Below, one piece after another: positions 1-8,233 of a stretch of 20,000 nt of DNA. How positions within the stretch are numbered: the stretch's first letter is position 1; each line of letters starts with the position of its first letter. The stretch comes from an uncultured virus (IMG/VR IMGVR_UViG_3300020438_000022). Its lineage: Duplodnaviria > Heunggongvirae > Uroviricota > Caudoviricetes. A program made the position numbers and the translations under genes. The stretch lies in IMG/VR virus record IMGVR_UViG_3300020438_000022. The stretch is one strand, 5' to 3'. The notes under the pieces were generated by a model. The model was not told the DNA's origin, made no database searches, and saw only the letters and a program-made list of their open reading frames with translations.

Positions 1-507
1 TTCAGGCAAACATAAATCAGTTACTTCCGTCGGTGTTGGCGTCGGTGTAACATCCGTACTGGTCTCTGATGTTTCTTCATCTATATTAAGAGAATCTGTG
101 TCAGAAGATATTACTGAACAATCTGTGATAACATCAAAATTTCTTAAAACTAATGCTATATCACCAGTTAGTAATCTAGTATTCTTGTTCACAGAACCTA
201 TAGTTTCTAAAATGTCTAAGTCATAAGTAGCAGTAGAAAAACTATAGTTTTTAGTAACTTCAGAACTAATTGTAAAATTAATAGAACCTGTATTATCTCC
301 AGATAAAACATATCCTCCATTATTAGGATCTAAACTAGAGTTAGATTGACTAGTAAAAACTTTTATATTATTACTCTCGTCTTTCCATCTAACAACAACA
401 CATTTAGAAGACAAATCTATACCATTATTATTATTGTCGTTATATTGCACAATAATATTAAAATCAGAACCTTGTTCTATAGTAAAATTTAAATTAGCTG
501 CGGGCAT
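1..507 (-). CDS. Virion structural protein, 5' part only (runs off the window); paralog of 6699..7103; missing from the ORF track
   Basis: Manual translation from ATG at 507 is open to position 1: MPAANLNFTIEQGSDFNIIVQYNDNNNNGIDLSSKCVVVRWK...FSTATYDLDI...TRLLTGDIALVLRNF...VTPTPTPTEVTDLCLPE. It shares FTIEQGS, FSTAxYDL and RLLxGxI motifs with 6699..7103. Confidence 0.85.
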   Translation of the reverse strand, partial: MPAANLNFTIEQGSDFNIIVQYNDNNNNGIDLSSKCVVVRWKDESNNIKVFTSQSNSSLDPNNGGYVLSGDNTGSINFTISSEVTKNYSFSTATYDLDILETIGSVNKNTRLLTGDIALVLRNFDVITDCSVISSDTDSLNIDEETSETSTDVTPTPTPTEVTDLCLPE

Positions 508-516
508 TATTTATTC

Positions 517-1041
517 CTATGTGTAAAAGTCTCTATCGTGATGATTGGCAGGATCTCGTAAAAAAGTTGGATCAAATTTATTACCAACAAAAGGACTAAG
601 AATAGCTTTAATACCGTTGGCATTACCTACCTCATATTCCATTCTTAATTTATCATAAAGAGCGCAAGGACCTTCTTTCAATATTACTTCATATCCTCTT
701 AAATTACCTCCTACAGACAATTGTGCTGGACCGAGTGCTGCTTTAATACCTTCCATAGCTGCTCTAGTACGTAAAGTACTTTGATCTAACATACAGGCTG
801 ATTTAAGCGCAACAAAACCTATGAAGTCTATGTCTTTAGTAGATAAAGTACTAGGGTCGGGGGTGATCGAAGGATTTATAACATCAACAGTATATGTATT
901 ATTTAAGTTAATTTCTGTAGTAACGTATTGTGCTGCTACTACTATCAACTGCTGGATTCTATCGTCAGAATAAGTAGGATTATCTGACAAATCATTTATC
1001 CAGGATCTAACAATCAAAGGTATTTCTACATTCCATGACAT
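517..1041 (-). CDS. Probable head-tail adaptor/neck protein
   Basis: 174 aa, helical-looking. The N-terminal VRSWINDLSDNPTYSDDRIQQL resembles the VRxxIxD...SDxxI start of HK97 gp6/SPP1 gp15-type connectors, and the gene lies downstream of the capsid genes. ORF is solid; function is inferred. Confidence 0.55.
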   Translation of the reverse strand: MSWNVEIPLIVRSWINDLSDNPTYSDDRIQQLIVVAAQYVTTEINLNNTYTVDVINPSITPDPSTLSTKDIDFIGFVALKSACMLDQSTLRTRAAMEGIKAALGPAQLSVGGNLRGYEVILKEGPCALYDKLRMEYEVGNANGIKAILSPFVGNKFDPTFLRDPANHHDRDFYT

Positions 1042-1083
1042 AATATTTTAGCCTATTTAAAAAAGTAATATTCGCAAATGAAT

Positions 1084-1101
1084 CTATTTGTTGTATACAC
1101 C
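1084..1101 (-). promoter_or_regulatory. Putative phage late promoter, GGTGTATA-N7-TAG
   Basis: Minus strand GGTGTATA CAACAAA TAG in the intergenic gap; the core lies 52 nt upstream of the ATG at 1041. One of five similarly placed copies. Confidence 0.6.
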
Positions 1102-1109
1102 GCCCCTAA

Positions 1110-1418
1110 TTAAGACGATATAATATCATGATGCTGGCCTAATTTGTTGACATATGCTATTAAAGAACCCATGGCTACTGCTAAGTCAGCATCTGTATCT
1201 GATTCTGCTAACATGTTTTCTATTCTAATCCATTGACCACCATCTGGTTCTAACTCTGCAAGTCCATCAAACATGCCATATTTATGTAATTTGACTTCTC
1301 CAGATACCTCACCATTAGGATCTGGACCCTTAATAACAATTTCTTCTACCCATACTCTATCGTATACTTTTTCAGGTACGGTGGTTGGTGATGCTGCTGA
1401 TAAAATTGGTAAAGACAT
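1110..1418 (-). CDS. Hypothetical protein (possible fibre assembly chaperone)
   Basis: 102 aa with a strong SD (AAGGAG) before the ATG, directly downstream of the long fibre gene. Function is a positional guess only. Confidence 0.7.
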   Translation of the reverse strand: MSLPILSAASPTTVPEKVYDRVWVEEIVIKGPDPNGEVSGEVKLHKYGMFDGLAELEPDGGQWIRIENMLAESDTDADLAVAMGSLIAYVNKLGQHHDIISS

Positions 1419-1429
1419 GCTTTTCTCCT

Positions 1430-4400
1430 TTATGGTATTATCTCGTTCTGAAAAGTATTCAATATATTAGATTCAGTATAGTTAGGTACGCTACCACCGA
1501 CTTCTAACAATTCTAATTTAGCAACCCAATTAACATTTTTAGAATTTGCACCTTTGCATTGTATATTAATTTGATCTGCTCCGCCAGCCCCAGCCCCTGT
1601 TACAGTAGCTTGAACATCCCAGCTGCTATCCGTCTCTGCTATAACAGTTTTAGAAACACTACCCACCAATGCTGCTCCATAACCATCATTGTGTAAGCAG
1701 CCTTTTAATACGTATGCTGCGTTATCTGAATTAGAAGCATTAACTTGATCTGTTCTTCTACCTACTATATTAGCAGTAAACATCATAGTTCTATTTGAGG
1801 CTAATACAACATTAGCTCCATTATTTTGTATTGTGGTAAAAGAAGCATTAGTAGTAGCTCCTCTTAAAATATAAGTGGTATTTTGAGCATCTCCATCGGC
1901 TGCAAATCTACCATGAGACATAGATATGCCACCATCATTATATATCCAACCATCAACACCTAATATTACGCCAGTAGAAGCAGCATAAAAACCCTCATTT
2001 GTTAATCCTATATTACCGTCTACATGCAAAGTATATGATGGAGAATCTGTACCAATACCTACTTTATCCGCACTGCCGTCTACAAACAGTAAATGAGTAT
2101 CAGTGTCACCTTCAACCCTAAAGTCTACAGCTGCTCCAGCCTCATTCAATACTAGCGTAGATGTAGTCATCTTAGCAGAAGTAATAGCACCATCAGCGAT
2201 AGATATATTAATTTCTGTATCTGGAGTTTCTCCAATAGTAAAGTCAGTAGCAAAATCTAAAGTAACAATGTCTGCACCACCAACTTGACTACCGTTGGCT
2301 TTAACGGTTGTCATGCTTCCACCACCTCCACCTCCACCATCAGCAGCCCAGGAGACAGCACCATTACCATCAGTTTTTAAGATCTGATTTGCAGAACCAT
2401 CTGCTGTAGGGAAAGTGAATGCACCATTGATATTTAGTTTGCCAATTTGCACAGTGTCTTCACTGCCATCCACAAACAACAAGTCAATATCTGTGTCACC
2501 TTCAACTCTAAAATCAACAGCTGCTCCACCTTCATTAAATACAGCCGCTCCTCTAACATCTAATGTTCCACCAAAATAATTTGTAGCAGCCGTATTGACT
2601 TGATAAACACCATATTCATTTGTCGGAGTTGTTCCACCAGCACCAGCATCACCTAAATATAACCCATAGTGATTTGTTACCGTGTTGTTTGTTCCTGCAA
2701 AGTGAGGAACAGTCTTAATATCGTATGCGTTTGTAACAGTAACATTAGAAGCAGCACTGTTAATAGACGGGTTGCATCGAAAAGCTGTTACCTCAGCTAA
2801 AACATTGGTTCCATCTGGAGAATAAATAACAGGAGCAGCATTAACTCCTATGGCATATCCGCCATCAGTAGTTGATGCGCTTAAATATTTCTCTGCCCTA
2901 ATCTCTGTACCTACATGATAATATGTTCCATCAGTACTAGAATAACCTCTTCCAAGAACATTGATAGTTCTAGAGTATGTAGTATTTGTATTGGCTACCT
3001 CATAAACATGTAGTTTAGAATTAACGCCTCCATCTGTAGTGGCTCCAATTAGAATAGAGTCTTTGCTTGCGTCTAAGAATAGTAGATTTGCATCAGTATC
3101 ACCTTCTACTCTAAAGTCGTAATTTGCTCCAGCTTCATTGAAGACAAATGTACCAACTCCTATTTTAGCAGGAGTAATAGCTGCATCTTTAATTCTTAAA
3201 GCATCACTATTAATTTCTATAGTACTATCATCAACGCTAACAGCAAATGTTCTATTGGCACTAATATCCCCACCACCAGTAAGGCCATCACCAGCAGTTA
3301 AAGTAACACTTGTATGATCTATATGTTCATTGGCTACAAAATTATTGGCTGCATCATGATCTACTACAAACTCTAAATTACCATTAGTATCATCATAAGT
3401 AACAGAAATGCCTGTTTCTGTGTCATCAACCATTCCTCCTACTATATCTTGAACTTGTTCAGTTGTTAGTGCAGGAACGATGGTTGCATCTACGTAAGCC
3501 TTTACTGATTGTTGAGTAGGAACCTTAGTATCTGAATCAGAGGACATATTATCTTCATCTACAACAAAACTCATTCCAGCGGTAGTGCTATCGCTGTTCA
3601 TTACAGCACCAGCAGCATTAACATTAGTTGCATCAGTTACATCTGCTGAAGCCTCAATAGCGTCTAACTTAGTTTTATCTCCGTTGGCAAAGGCACCTTC
3701 TGATGGCTTGACTTGTAAGGTAGAAATAGTAACGCCTTTAACACCTGCAAGGTCAGTTAATTCACTGTCCATCAATGCACCGGCGCTAGTAACGTTTGCA
3801 GTATCAGTCACATCCGCGCTACTCTCTACTGAATCTAATTTAGTTTCCTGAGCATCTGTCATAAATCTTTTATTAGATGCATCTGTCATATTTGTAGTGA
3901 CGAGATTAGGCGAAGCTCCAGCTATTACTGATTGGTCTAGTGCTTTAACATCAGTAATACTTGCTAATTCGCTATCCATTAACGCACCGGCTGAGGTTAC
4001 ATTAGCTGTATCTGTTACGTCTGCAGAAGCCTCAATTGCATCTAGCTTTGTCTTGTCTCCATCGGCAAAAGCACCCTCTGAAGGTTTAACTTGCAATGTA
4101 GAAATTGTAACACCTTTAACGCCTGCTAGATCTGTCAATTCGCTATCCATTAAAGCACCGGCACTGGTAACATTAGCTGTGTCAGTAACGTCAGCAGATG
4201 CTTCAATACCATCTAGCTTAGTCTTGTCACCATTGGCAAAAGCTCCTTCTGACGGTGGCTGTTGTGCGCTATCGGCCTTAGTTCCTTGAGCAGCTGTTGC
4301 GTAATCTGAAGAGTCAAATGCCTTGACCTGCGACAAGTTTGTAACTTCTGAATCCATTAATGCGCCAGCTGAGGTTACATTAGCGGTATCTGTAACGTCT

Positions 4401-5269
4401 GCACTAGCTTCAATAGCATCTAACTTTGTCTTGTCTCCATCAGAGAATGCTCCTTCAGATGGTTTAACTTGTAATGTAGAGATTGTCACTCCTTTGACGC
4501 CAGCTAAGTCTGTTAGCTCACTATCCATTAATGCCCCAGCTGAAGTCACATTGGCCGTGTCTGTAACATCTGCAGAGGCTTCAATGCCGTCTAGCTTGCT
4601 ATGATCTGCCGTGGTAAAGTTTTCATCTGTTTGACTAGCTACTACAAAGTCTATAGTTCCATCATCATCTTGATACGTAACAGCAATCCCTGTCTCTGTA
4701 TTTCCTGTAAGCATACCGCCAACAAAATCTTCTACCTGTTCTTCGGTAAGCTGTGTGTCTGTAGTAGAATATGTGCTAGTATCAACACTGCCATCAGCTT
4801 TTAAAAACTGACTAGATGTTCCGCCATCTTTAATAAAACTATTAGCAGTAATATTAGAAGAAAAATGTCCAGAACCAGCTATGTCTATATGACCAGTACC
4901 TGTAAGATTTTTAGAATTAAGATCTAAATTACCTCCGAGTTGTGGGGTTGTATCTTCTACGACATTAGATATTCCTCCGCCACCTCCTTCACTAGCGGTA
5001 CCAACAGCAATACCTGTAACGTGACCATTATCGTCTAATAACAAATCTTGAATAAATGTATTACTACTATTATCAGAAGAACTTGCAGCAGCTATGATAG
5101 GATGCACTAAACCACTATTGACAGGCTGCAAAAGGTTCCATGCTGTTGAACCATCTCCTATCTTTAAGGTATTAGTAGAAGTATCAAAACCCGGTTCACC
5201 TTCTGCTAAAGTAGGATTACTGCTCCAGTCACTACCTCTTCTTAACTTAATTAAATTATTTACAGCCAT
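1430..5269 (-). CDS. Long fibre / receptor-binding protein with Mtd-N-like N-terminus and internal repeats
   Basis: 1279 aa, rich in Ala/Gly/Thr/Ser/Asp. The N-terminus IKLRRG..W...NPTLAEGEPGFDTSTNTLKIGDGSTAWN has the major-tropism-determinant N-terminal pattern. It also has fibre-type motifs (VEDTTPQLGGNLDLN, QFLKADGSVD, KVPTQQSVKAYVD), poly-Gly hinges and a beta-rich C-terminal domain. Confidence 0.85.
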   Translation of the reverse strand: MAVNNLIKLRRGSDWSSNPTLAEGEPGFDTSTNTLKIGDGSTAWNLLQPVNSGLVHPIIAAASSSDNSSNTFIQDLLLDDNGHVTGIAVGTASEGGGGGISNVVEDTTPQLGGNLDLNSKNLTGTGHIDIAGSGHFSSNITANSFIKDGGTSSQFLKADGSVDTSTYSTTDTQLTEEQVEDFVGGMLTGNTETGIAVTYQDDDGTIDFVVASQTDENFTTADHSKLDGIEASADVTDTANVTSAGALMDSELTDLAGVKGVTISTLQVKPSEGAFSDGDKTKLDAIEASADVTDTANVTSAGALMDSEVTNLSQVKAFDSSDYATAAQGTKADSAQQPPSEGAFANGDKTKLDGIEASADVTDTANVTSAGALMDSELTDLAGVKGVTISTLQVKPSEGAFADGDKTKLDAIEASADVTDTANVTSAGALMDSELASITDVKALDQSVIAGASPNLVTTNMTDASNKRFMTDAQETKLDSVESSADVTDTANVTSAGALMDSELTDLAGVKGVTISTLQVKPSEGAFANGDKTKLDAIEASADVTDATNVNAAGAVMNSDSTTAGMSFVVDEDNMSSDSDTKVPTQQSVKAYVDATIVPALTTEQVQDIVGGMVDDTETGISVTYDDTNGNLEFVVDHDAANNFVANEHIDHTSVTLTAGDGLTGGGDISANRTFAVSVDDSTIEINSDALRIKDAAITPAKIGVGTFVFNEAGANYDFRVEGDTDANLLFLDASKDSILIGATTDGGVNSKLHVYEVANTNTTYSRTINVLGRGYSSTDGTYYHVGTEIRAEKYLSASTTDGGYAIGVNAAPVIYSPDGTNVLAEVTAFRCNPSINSAASNVTVTNAYDIKTVPHFAGTNNTVTNHYGLYLGDAGAGGTTPTNEYGVYQVNTAATNYFGGTLDVRGAAVFNEGGAAVDFRVEGDTDIDLLFVDGSEDTVQIGKLNINGAFTFPTADGSANQILKTDGNGAVSWAADGGGGGGGSMTTVKANGSQVGGADIVTLDFATDFTIGETPDTEINISIADGAITSAKMTTSTLVLNEAGAAVDFRVEGDTDTHLLFVDGSADKVGIGTDSPSYTLHVDGNIGLTNEGFYAASTGVILGVDGWIYNDGGISMSHGRFAADGDAQNTTYILRGATTNASFTTIQNNGANVVLASNRTMMFTANIVGRRTDQVNASNSDNAAYVLKGCLHNDGYGAALVGSVSKTVIAETDSSWDVQATVTGAGAGGADQINIQCKGANSKNVNWVAKLELLEVGGSVPNYTESNILNTFQNEIIP
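2050..3146 (-). repeat. Three dispersed ~34-aa modules (NExGAxxDFRVEGDTDxxLLFxDxSxDxxxIG) in the fibre gene
   Basis: Copies at about 3045-3146, 2440-2543 and 2050-2153, read from the translation; boundaries approximate. Confidence 0.85.
3590..4597 (-). repeat. Coding tandem array: six 27-aa cores (KLDxIEASADVTDTANVTSAGALMDSE) in alternating 171-nt and 207-nt units
   Basis: Units at 4427-4597, 4220-4426, 4049-4219, 3842-4048 and 3671-3841, plus a final diverged core at 3590-3670. Unit starts checked on the DNA. Confidence 0.95.
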
Positions 5270-5295
5270 TAAATTTAGTCCTTATGAATTTAAAA

Positions 5296-6456
5296 CTATG
5301 GAGAACCACCATCAAGCACAGCATTATGTATGTAAGTTGGACTTCCTGCACTAGCTCCACTAATCCTGGTTAATCCATCTAATACAGTAGATGTGTCACT
5401 AAGATTAATAACAGTAGTACCAATAGTAAATCCACTGGCAGCTAATTTCGTTACATCAATCGCTGCATTAGTTTTTATATCTGTATTTACAATAGTGTCA
5501 TTAGCAATCATAAGGCTAGTAACACTACCAGTATCTGTAGTATAAACTCCATTAGTTACAGTATCAGCATTACCTTGTAAGTTAGCAACTATAGTTCCCG
5601 AAGAACCAGCTACTACTTCACTGCTAATACTAGCGTCTGGAACAAAAATCATCTTGCCTAAACTATCGTCATATCCAAAAAATCCGACCTTTGCTGATCC
5701 ATCATAATAATTAAAAGATATTCCTCTATCTTTATTATCATCACTACCAGGGCTACCACTACCTAAAACAATGATAGGATCTTCAATAGTAGTCGTAGTA
5801 GAATTAACAGTAGTAGTCGTACCATTAATAGTTAAATTACCTTCTATAGATAAGTTTCTTAGTCCAGTTATGTCCTTATTACTATCTGCAACCAACCCTT
5901 TACTAGCAGAAACAGTACCTGCACTAACCCCATCCAAAACATTAACTTCAGCAGCACTAGCTGTAACATCAGTAACTTCTGATAGTCCTATACCTGTAAC
6001 ACTAATATGTAACTTATCATTACCATCTTGATAATCTATATTTATACCGCTACCGCCAAATAATCCATTTGCTCCACCTACAATATCCATAACTTCTTCT
6101 GCACTAACAGAAGCAGCTGTAACACGAGCGTCTACAGCACTATTAAAATCATTGATTTGAGAACTAGCTATACCACTAACATTAATATAAAATAAGCCGT
6201 TACTATCTTGATAGTCTACACTAATTCCGCTAGCTCCAGATATAAGTGTTCCAACCACATCTTCTATTTGTTCTTCGCTAGATCCTATATAATCTAGACT
6301 AGCCCAAGCTGTAGTTCCATCTCCAATTTTAATTCTTTTATTTGTAGTATCAAATCCAATTTCACCAGCAGATAAGGTAGGTCCGTTAGGACTATTTACA
6401 GCTGTCCACTCAGTTGCTGTACCTCTTCTAACCTGTATTAAAGTTTGTACTGCCAT
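5296..6456 (-). CDS. Shorter fibre-like virion protein with Mtd-N-like N-terminus
   Basis: 386 aa. IQVRRGTATEW...PTLSAGEIGFDTTNKRIKIGDGTTAW is homologous to the N-terminus of 1430..5269. Also has the fibre-type segment GNLTINGTTTTVNSTTTTIEDPII. SD AGAGG. Confidence 0.8.
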   Translation of the reverse strand: MAVQTLIQVRRGTATEWTAVNSPNGPTLSAGEIGFDTTNKRIKIGDGTTAWASLDYIGSSEEQIEDVVGTLISGASGISVDYQDSNGLFYINVSGIASSQINDFNSAVDARVTAASVSAEEVMDIVGGANGLFGGSGINIDYQDGNDKLHISVTGIGLSEVTDVTASAAEVNVLDGVSAGTVSASKGLVADSNKDITGLRNLSIEGNLTINGTTTTVNSTTTTIEDPIIVLGSGSPGSDDNKDRGISFNYYDGSAKVGFFGYDDSLGKMIFVPDASISSEVVAGSSGTIVANLQGNADTVTNGVYTTDTGSVTSLMIANDTIVNTDIKTNAAIDVTKLAASGFTIGTTVINLSDTSTVLDGLTRISGASAGSPTYIHNAVLDGGSP

Positions 6457-6471
6457 TATTAACCTCTTTTA

Positions 6472-6702
6472 TTATGGAGTTCCACAGTCGATTGTATAAC
6501 TATCTATGTAATTACCTATAAATGTACCAAGACCTATAACATCACCAGCATAAACTAAAGTATCTGAAGTAGAAGAACCTGTTTTAACTTCTACTGTATC
6601 TGTAGTTGAACTAGTAATTTCCACCGAGTTAGTGCAACTTGATGTGACAGTTTCAACTTCTATAATGTTGCTTGTAGCCGTAATGTCTATAATATTACTC
6701 AT
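6472..6702 (-). CDS. Small Ser/Thr-rich hypothetical virion protein
   Basis: 76 aa with an ATGA overlap to the upstream gene, repeated short beta-like motifs (IIDIT, IIEVE, SVEIT, TVEVK) and a C-terminal IDCGTP. Confidence 0.7.
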   Translation of the reverse strand: MSNIIDITATSNIIEVETVTSSCTNSVEITSSTTDTVEVKTGSSTSDTLVYAGDVIGLGTFIGNYIDSYTIDCGTP

Positions 6703-7103
6703 GTATTACATCCCAATGCTGTATCTGATTTACTGAATCTTTCTTGAATACTAATTGTTCCGAATAGCAATCTGATAGTATATTTACCACCGCCGGTATA
6801 ATGGTCATTATTAGACTGTAATTCTAAATCATATTTAGCTGTACTAAAATCAAAATTATTAGTAGTAGCAGAAGGGAACAATAATTCTAATTTTCCATTT
6901 GCTCCATCTATAGTGAATTTATAAATACTAGTGTCTATATTACCAGAATTAAATATTTGTACAATATTTTTATTTGTTTTCCATGTTAATCTAGCACACC
7001 AATCTGTAATATTTATGGGGTCACCATTACTATCTTTGTAAGTAATAGCAAATTTAAAAGAAGAACCTTGCTCAATAGTAAAGTCGTGTTTTGATGCTGC
7101 CAT
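6699..7103 (-). CDS. Beta-rich virion structural protein (BppU-N-like adaptor domain, tentative)
   Basis: 134 aa. The pattern FTIEQGSSF...YKDSNGDPINIT...GKLELLFPSATT...AKYDLEL...RLLFGTISI is typical of small phage beta-sandwich attachment proteins. Paralog at 1..507. Confidence 0.7.
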   Translation of the reverse strand: MAASKHDFTIEQGSSFKFAITYKDSNGDPINITDWCARLTWKTNKNIVQIFNSGNIDTSIYKFTIDGANGKLELLFPSATTNNFDFSTAKYDLELQSNNDHYTGGGKYTIRLLFGTISIQERFSKSDTALGCNT

Positions 7104-7124
7104 AGTATAATTCCGTGTTGCTTT

Positions 7125-7142
7125 CTATTATTTAAATACACC
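7125..7142 (-). promoter_or_regulatory. Putative phage late promoter, GGTGTATT-N7-TAG
   Basis: Minus strand GGTGTATT TAAATAA TAG immediately after the capsid terminator; the core lies 31 nt upstream of the ATG at 7103. Confidence 0.6.
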
Positions 7143-7143
7143 T

Positions 7144-7171
7144 AAAAAAAAGGCTGGCCGTTAGGCCAGCC
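7144..7171 (-). terminator. Rho-independent terminator after the major capsid gene
   Basis: Minus strand GGCTGGCC-TAAC-GGCCAGCC is a perfect 8-bp GC-rich stem followed by T8, 30 nt after the capsid stop codon. Confidence 0.92.
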
Positions 7172-7201
7172 CTTAAATTAACAGCACTCATTTGGAGCTA
7201 A

Positions 7202-8209
7202 TTATAGAGAACCAATAATTACTCTGCGGTTATCAAGAACAGCAAAGCCTTGCTCGGCCCAACCATAGAAACCAGCTCTCTTCTGGCGATGCAAGCTTTC
7301 ATCTTCGAAGATCTGTACTTCTTGGCGAACAGGCATAATAAAGCTGTCACGCTTACGAAGGTCAAGACCAACTACGATTTCAGTGTCACCACTTGGCATA
7401 CTGGCGCCTAAAGTGTTGCTGTAGAATAATTGATATTCTTGTCCAACACCAAGCTCATCTAGGTCATTTAAATTAACCCCAAACACACGGTTGATAGCAC
7501 CATCAGCAGCGGTGTAAATTTCACGACGAGTGACTTCGTCGACCTGATCAACACCCCAGTTGCGGATATCTTCCATAGCCTCGGGAGAAACATAGAGATC
7601 TGTTAGTAAACCACGATTGTTACTAGCAGAATTACCGCCACCATTACGTCTCATGACAGTCTTCAAAAGACTAACAAGACGTTTAGTGAACTGACTAGCA
7701 TTAGCATCGCTGTCGTAAACCACAACGTTGCGGTCAACACCAGCAGCAAGCATAGTGTGCCAGCCATCATCATTCATCTTCTTAACAAATGAGGATTCGA
7801 GAACTTCCATAGCACGACCTACAACATCCCAACGAGCATCACGAGCATACTTCAAGAGATAGTCAATGCTAGCGCCTACGTCGTAGGTTGGAACCATGAC
7901 GTAATCACTTTCAACGTGACGTTCTGGAATATATCCGTGATTAGGAATAGTGTAAGCAACGAAATCTTTTTCGGTGCCTGGAGCTAAAAAGTCAAGAGGA
8001 AATTCTGGAGTAGCACCCGGAGCAAGTCTAACTGGCTCAAAGATACCATCCAAAATATCTCCGCTTAACAAACCTTGACGAAGTGGTAGCTCAAGTGCTT
8101 TTGCAAACTCTGCATTAGCAGCAGTAGCTACTTCTCTCTGAGCGGACCCAGAACGAACCAATAGGTCGGTTAATTCTGGAGTCGGTTGAAAAACTTTGGA
8201 TTCTGACAT
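7202..8209 (-). CDS. Major capsid protein (HK97-type fold expected)
   Basis: 335 aa at the canonical position after terminase, portal, protease and decoration genes. Strong SD (AAAGGGAG), a downstream terminator and capsid-like segments (LYVSPEAMEDIRNW; C-terminal GFYGWAEQGFAVLDNRRVIIG). Confidence 0.85.
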   Translation of the reverse strand: MSESKVFQPTPELTDLLVRSGSAQREVATAANAEFAKALELPLRQGLLSGDILDGIFEPVRLAPGATPEFPLDFLAPGTEKDFVAYTIPNHGYIPERHVESDYVMVPTYDVGASIDYLLKYARDARWDVVGRAMEVLESSFVKKMNDDGWHTMLAAGVDRNVVVYDSDANASQFTKRLVSLLKTVMRRNGGGNSASNNRGLLTDLYVSPEAMEDIRNWGVDQVDEVTRREIYTAADGAINRVFGVNLNDLDELGVGQEYQLFYSNTLGASMPSGDTEIVVGLDLRKRDSFIMPVRQEVQIFEDESLHRQKRAGFYGWAEQGFAVLDNRRVIIGSL

Positions 8210-8233
8210 ATTAATTTTCTCCCTTTGTGTTAT

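Noticed and set aside
3590..4597. CRISPR array or assembly artefact
   Set aside because: Units are in-frame coding repeats of 171/207 nt with many synonymous differences, not identical short repeats with spacers.
1430..6456. Diversity-generating retroelement suggested by the Mtd-like N-termini
   Set aside because: No reverse transcriptase is present and I found no template/variable repeat pair differing only at adenines. The Mtd N-terminal domain is a generic attachment module. A DGR elsewhere in the genome is not excluded.
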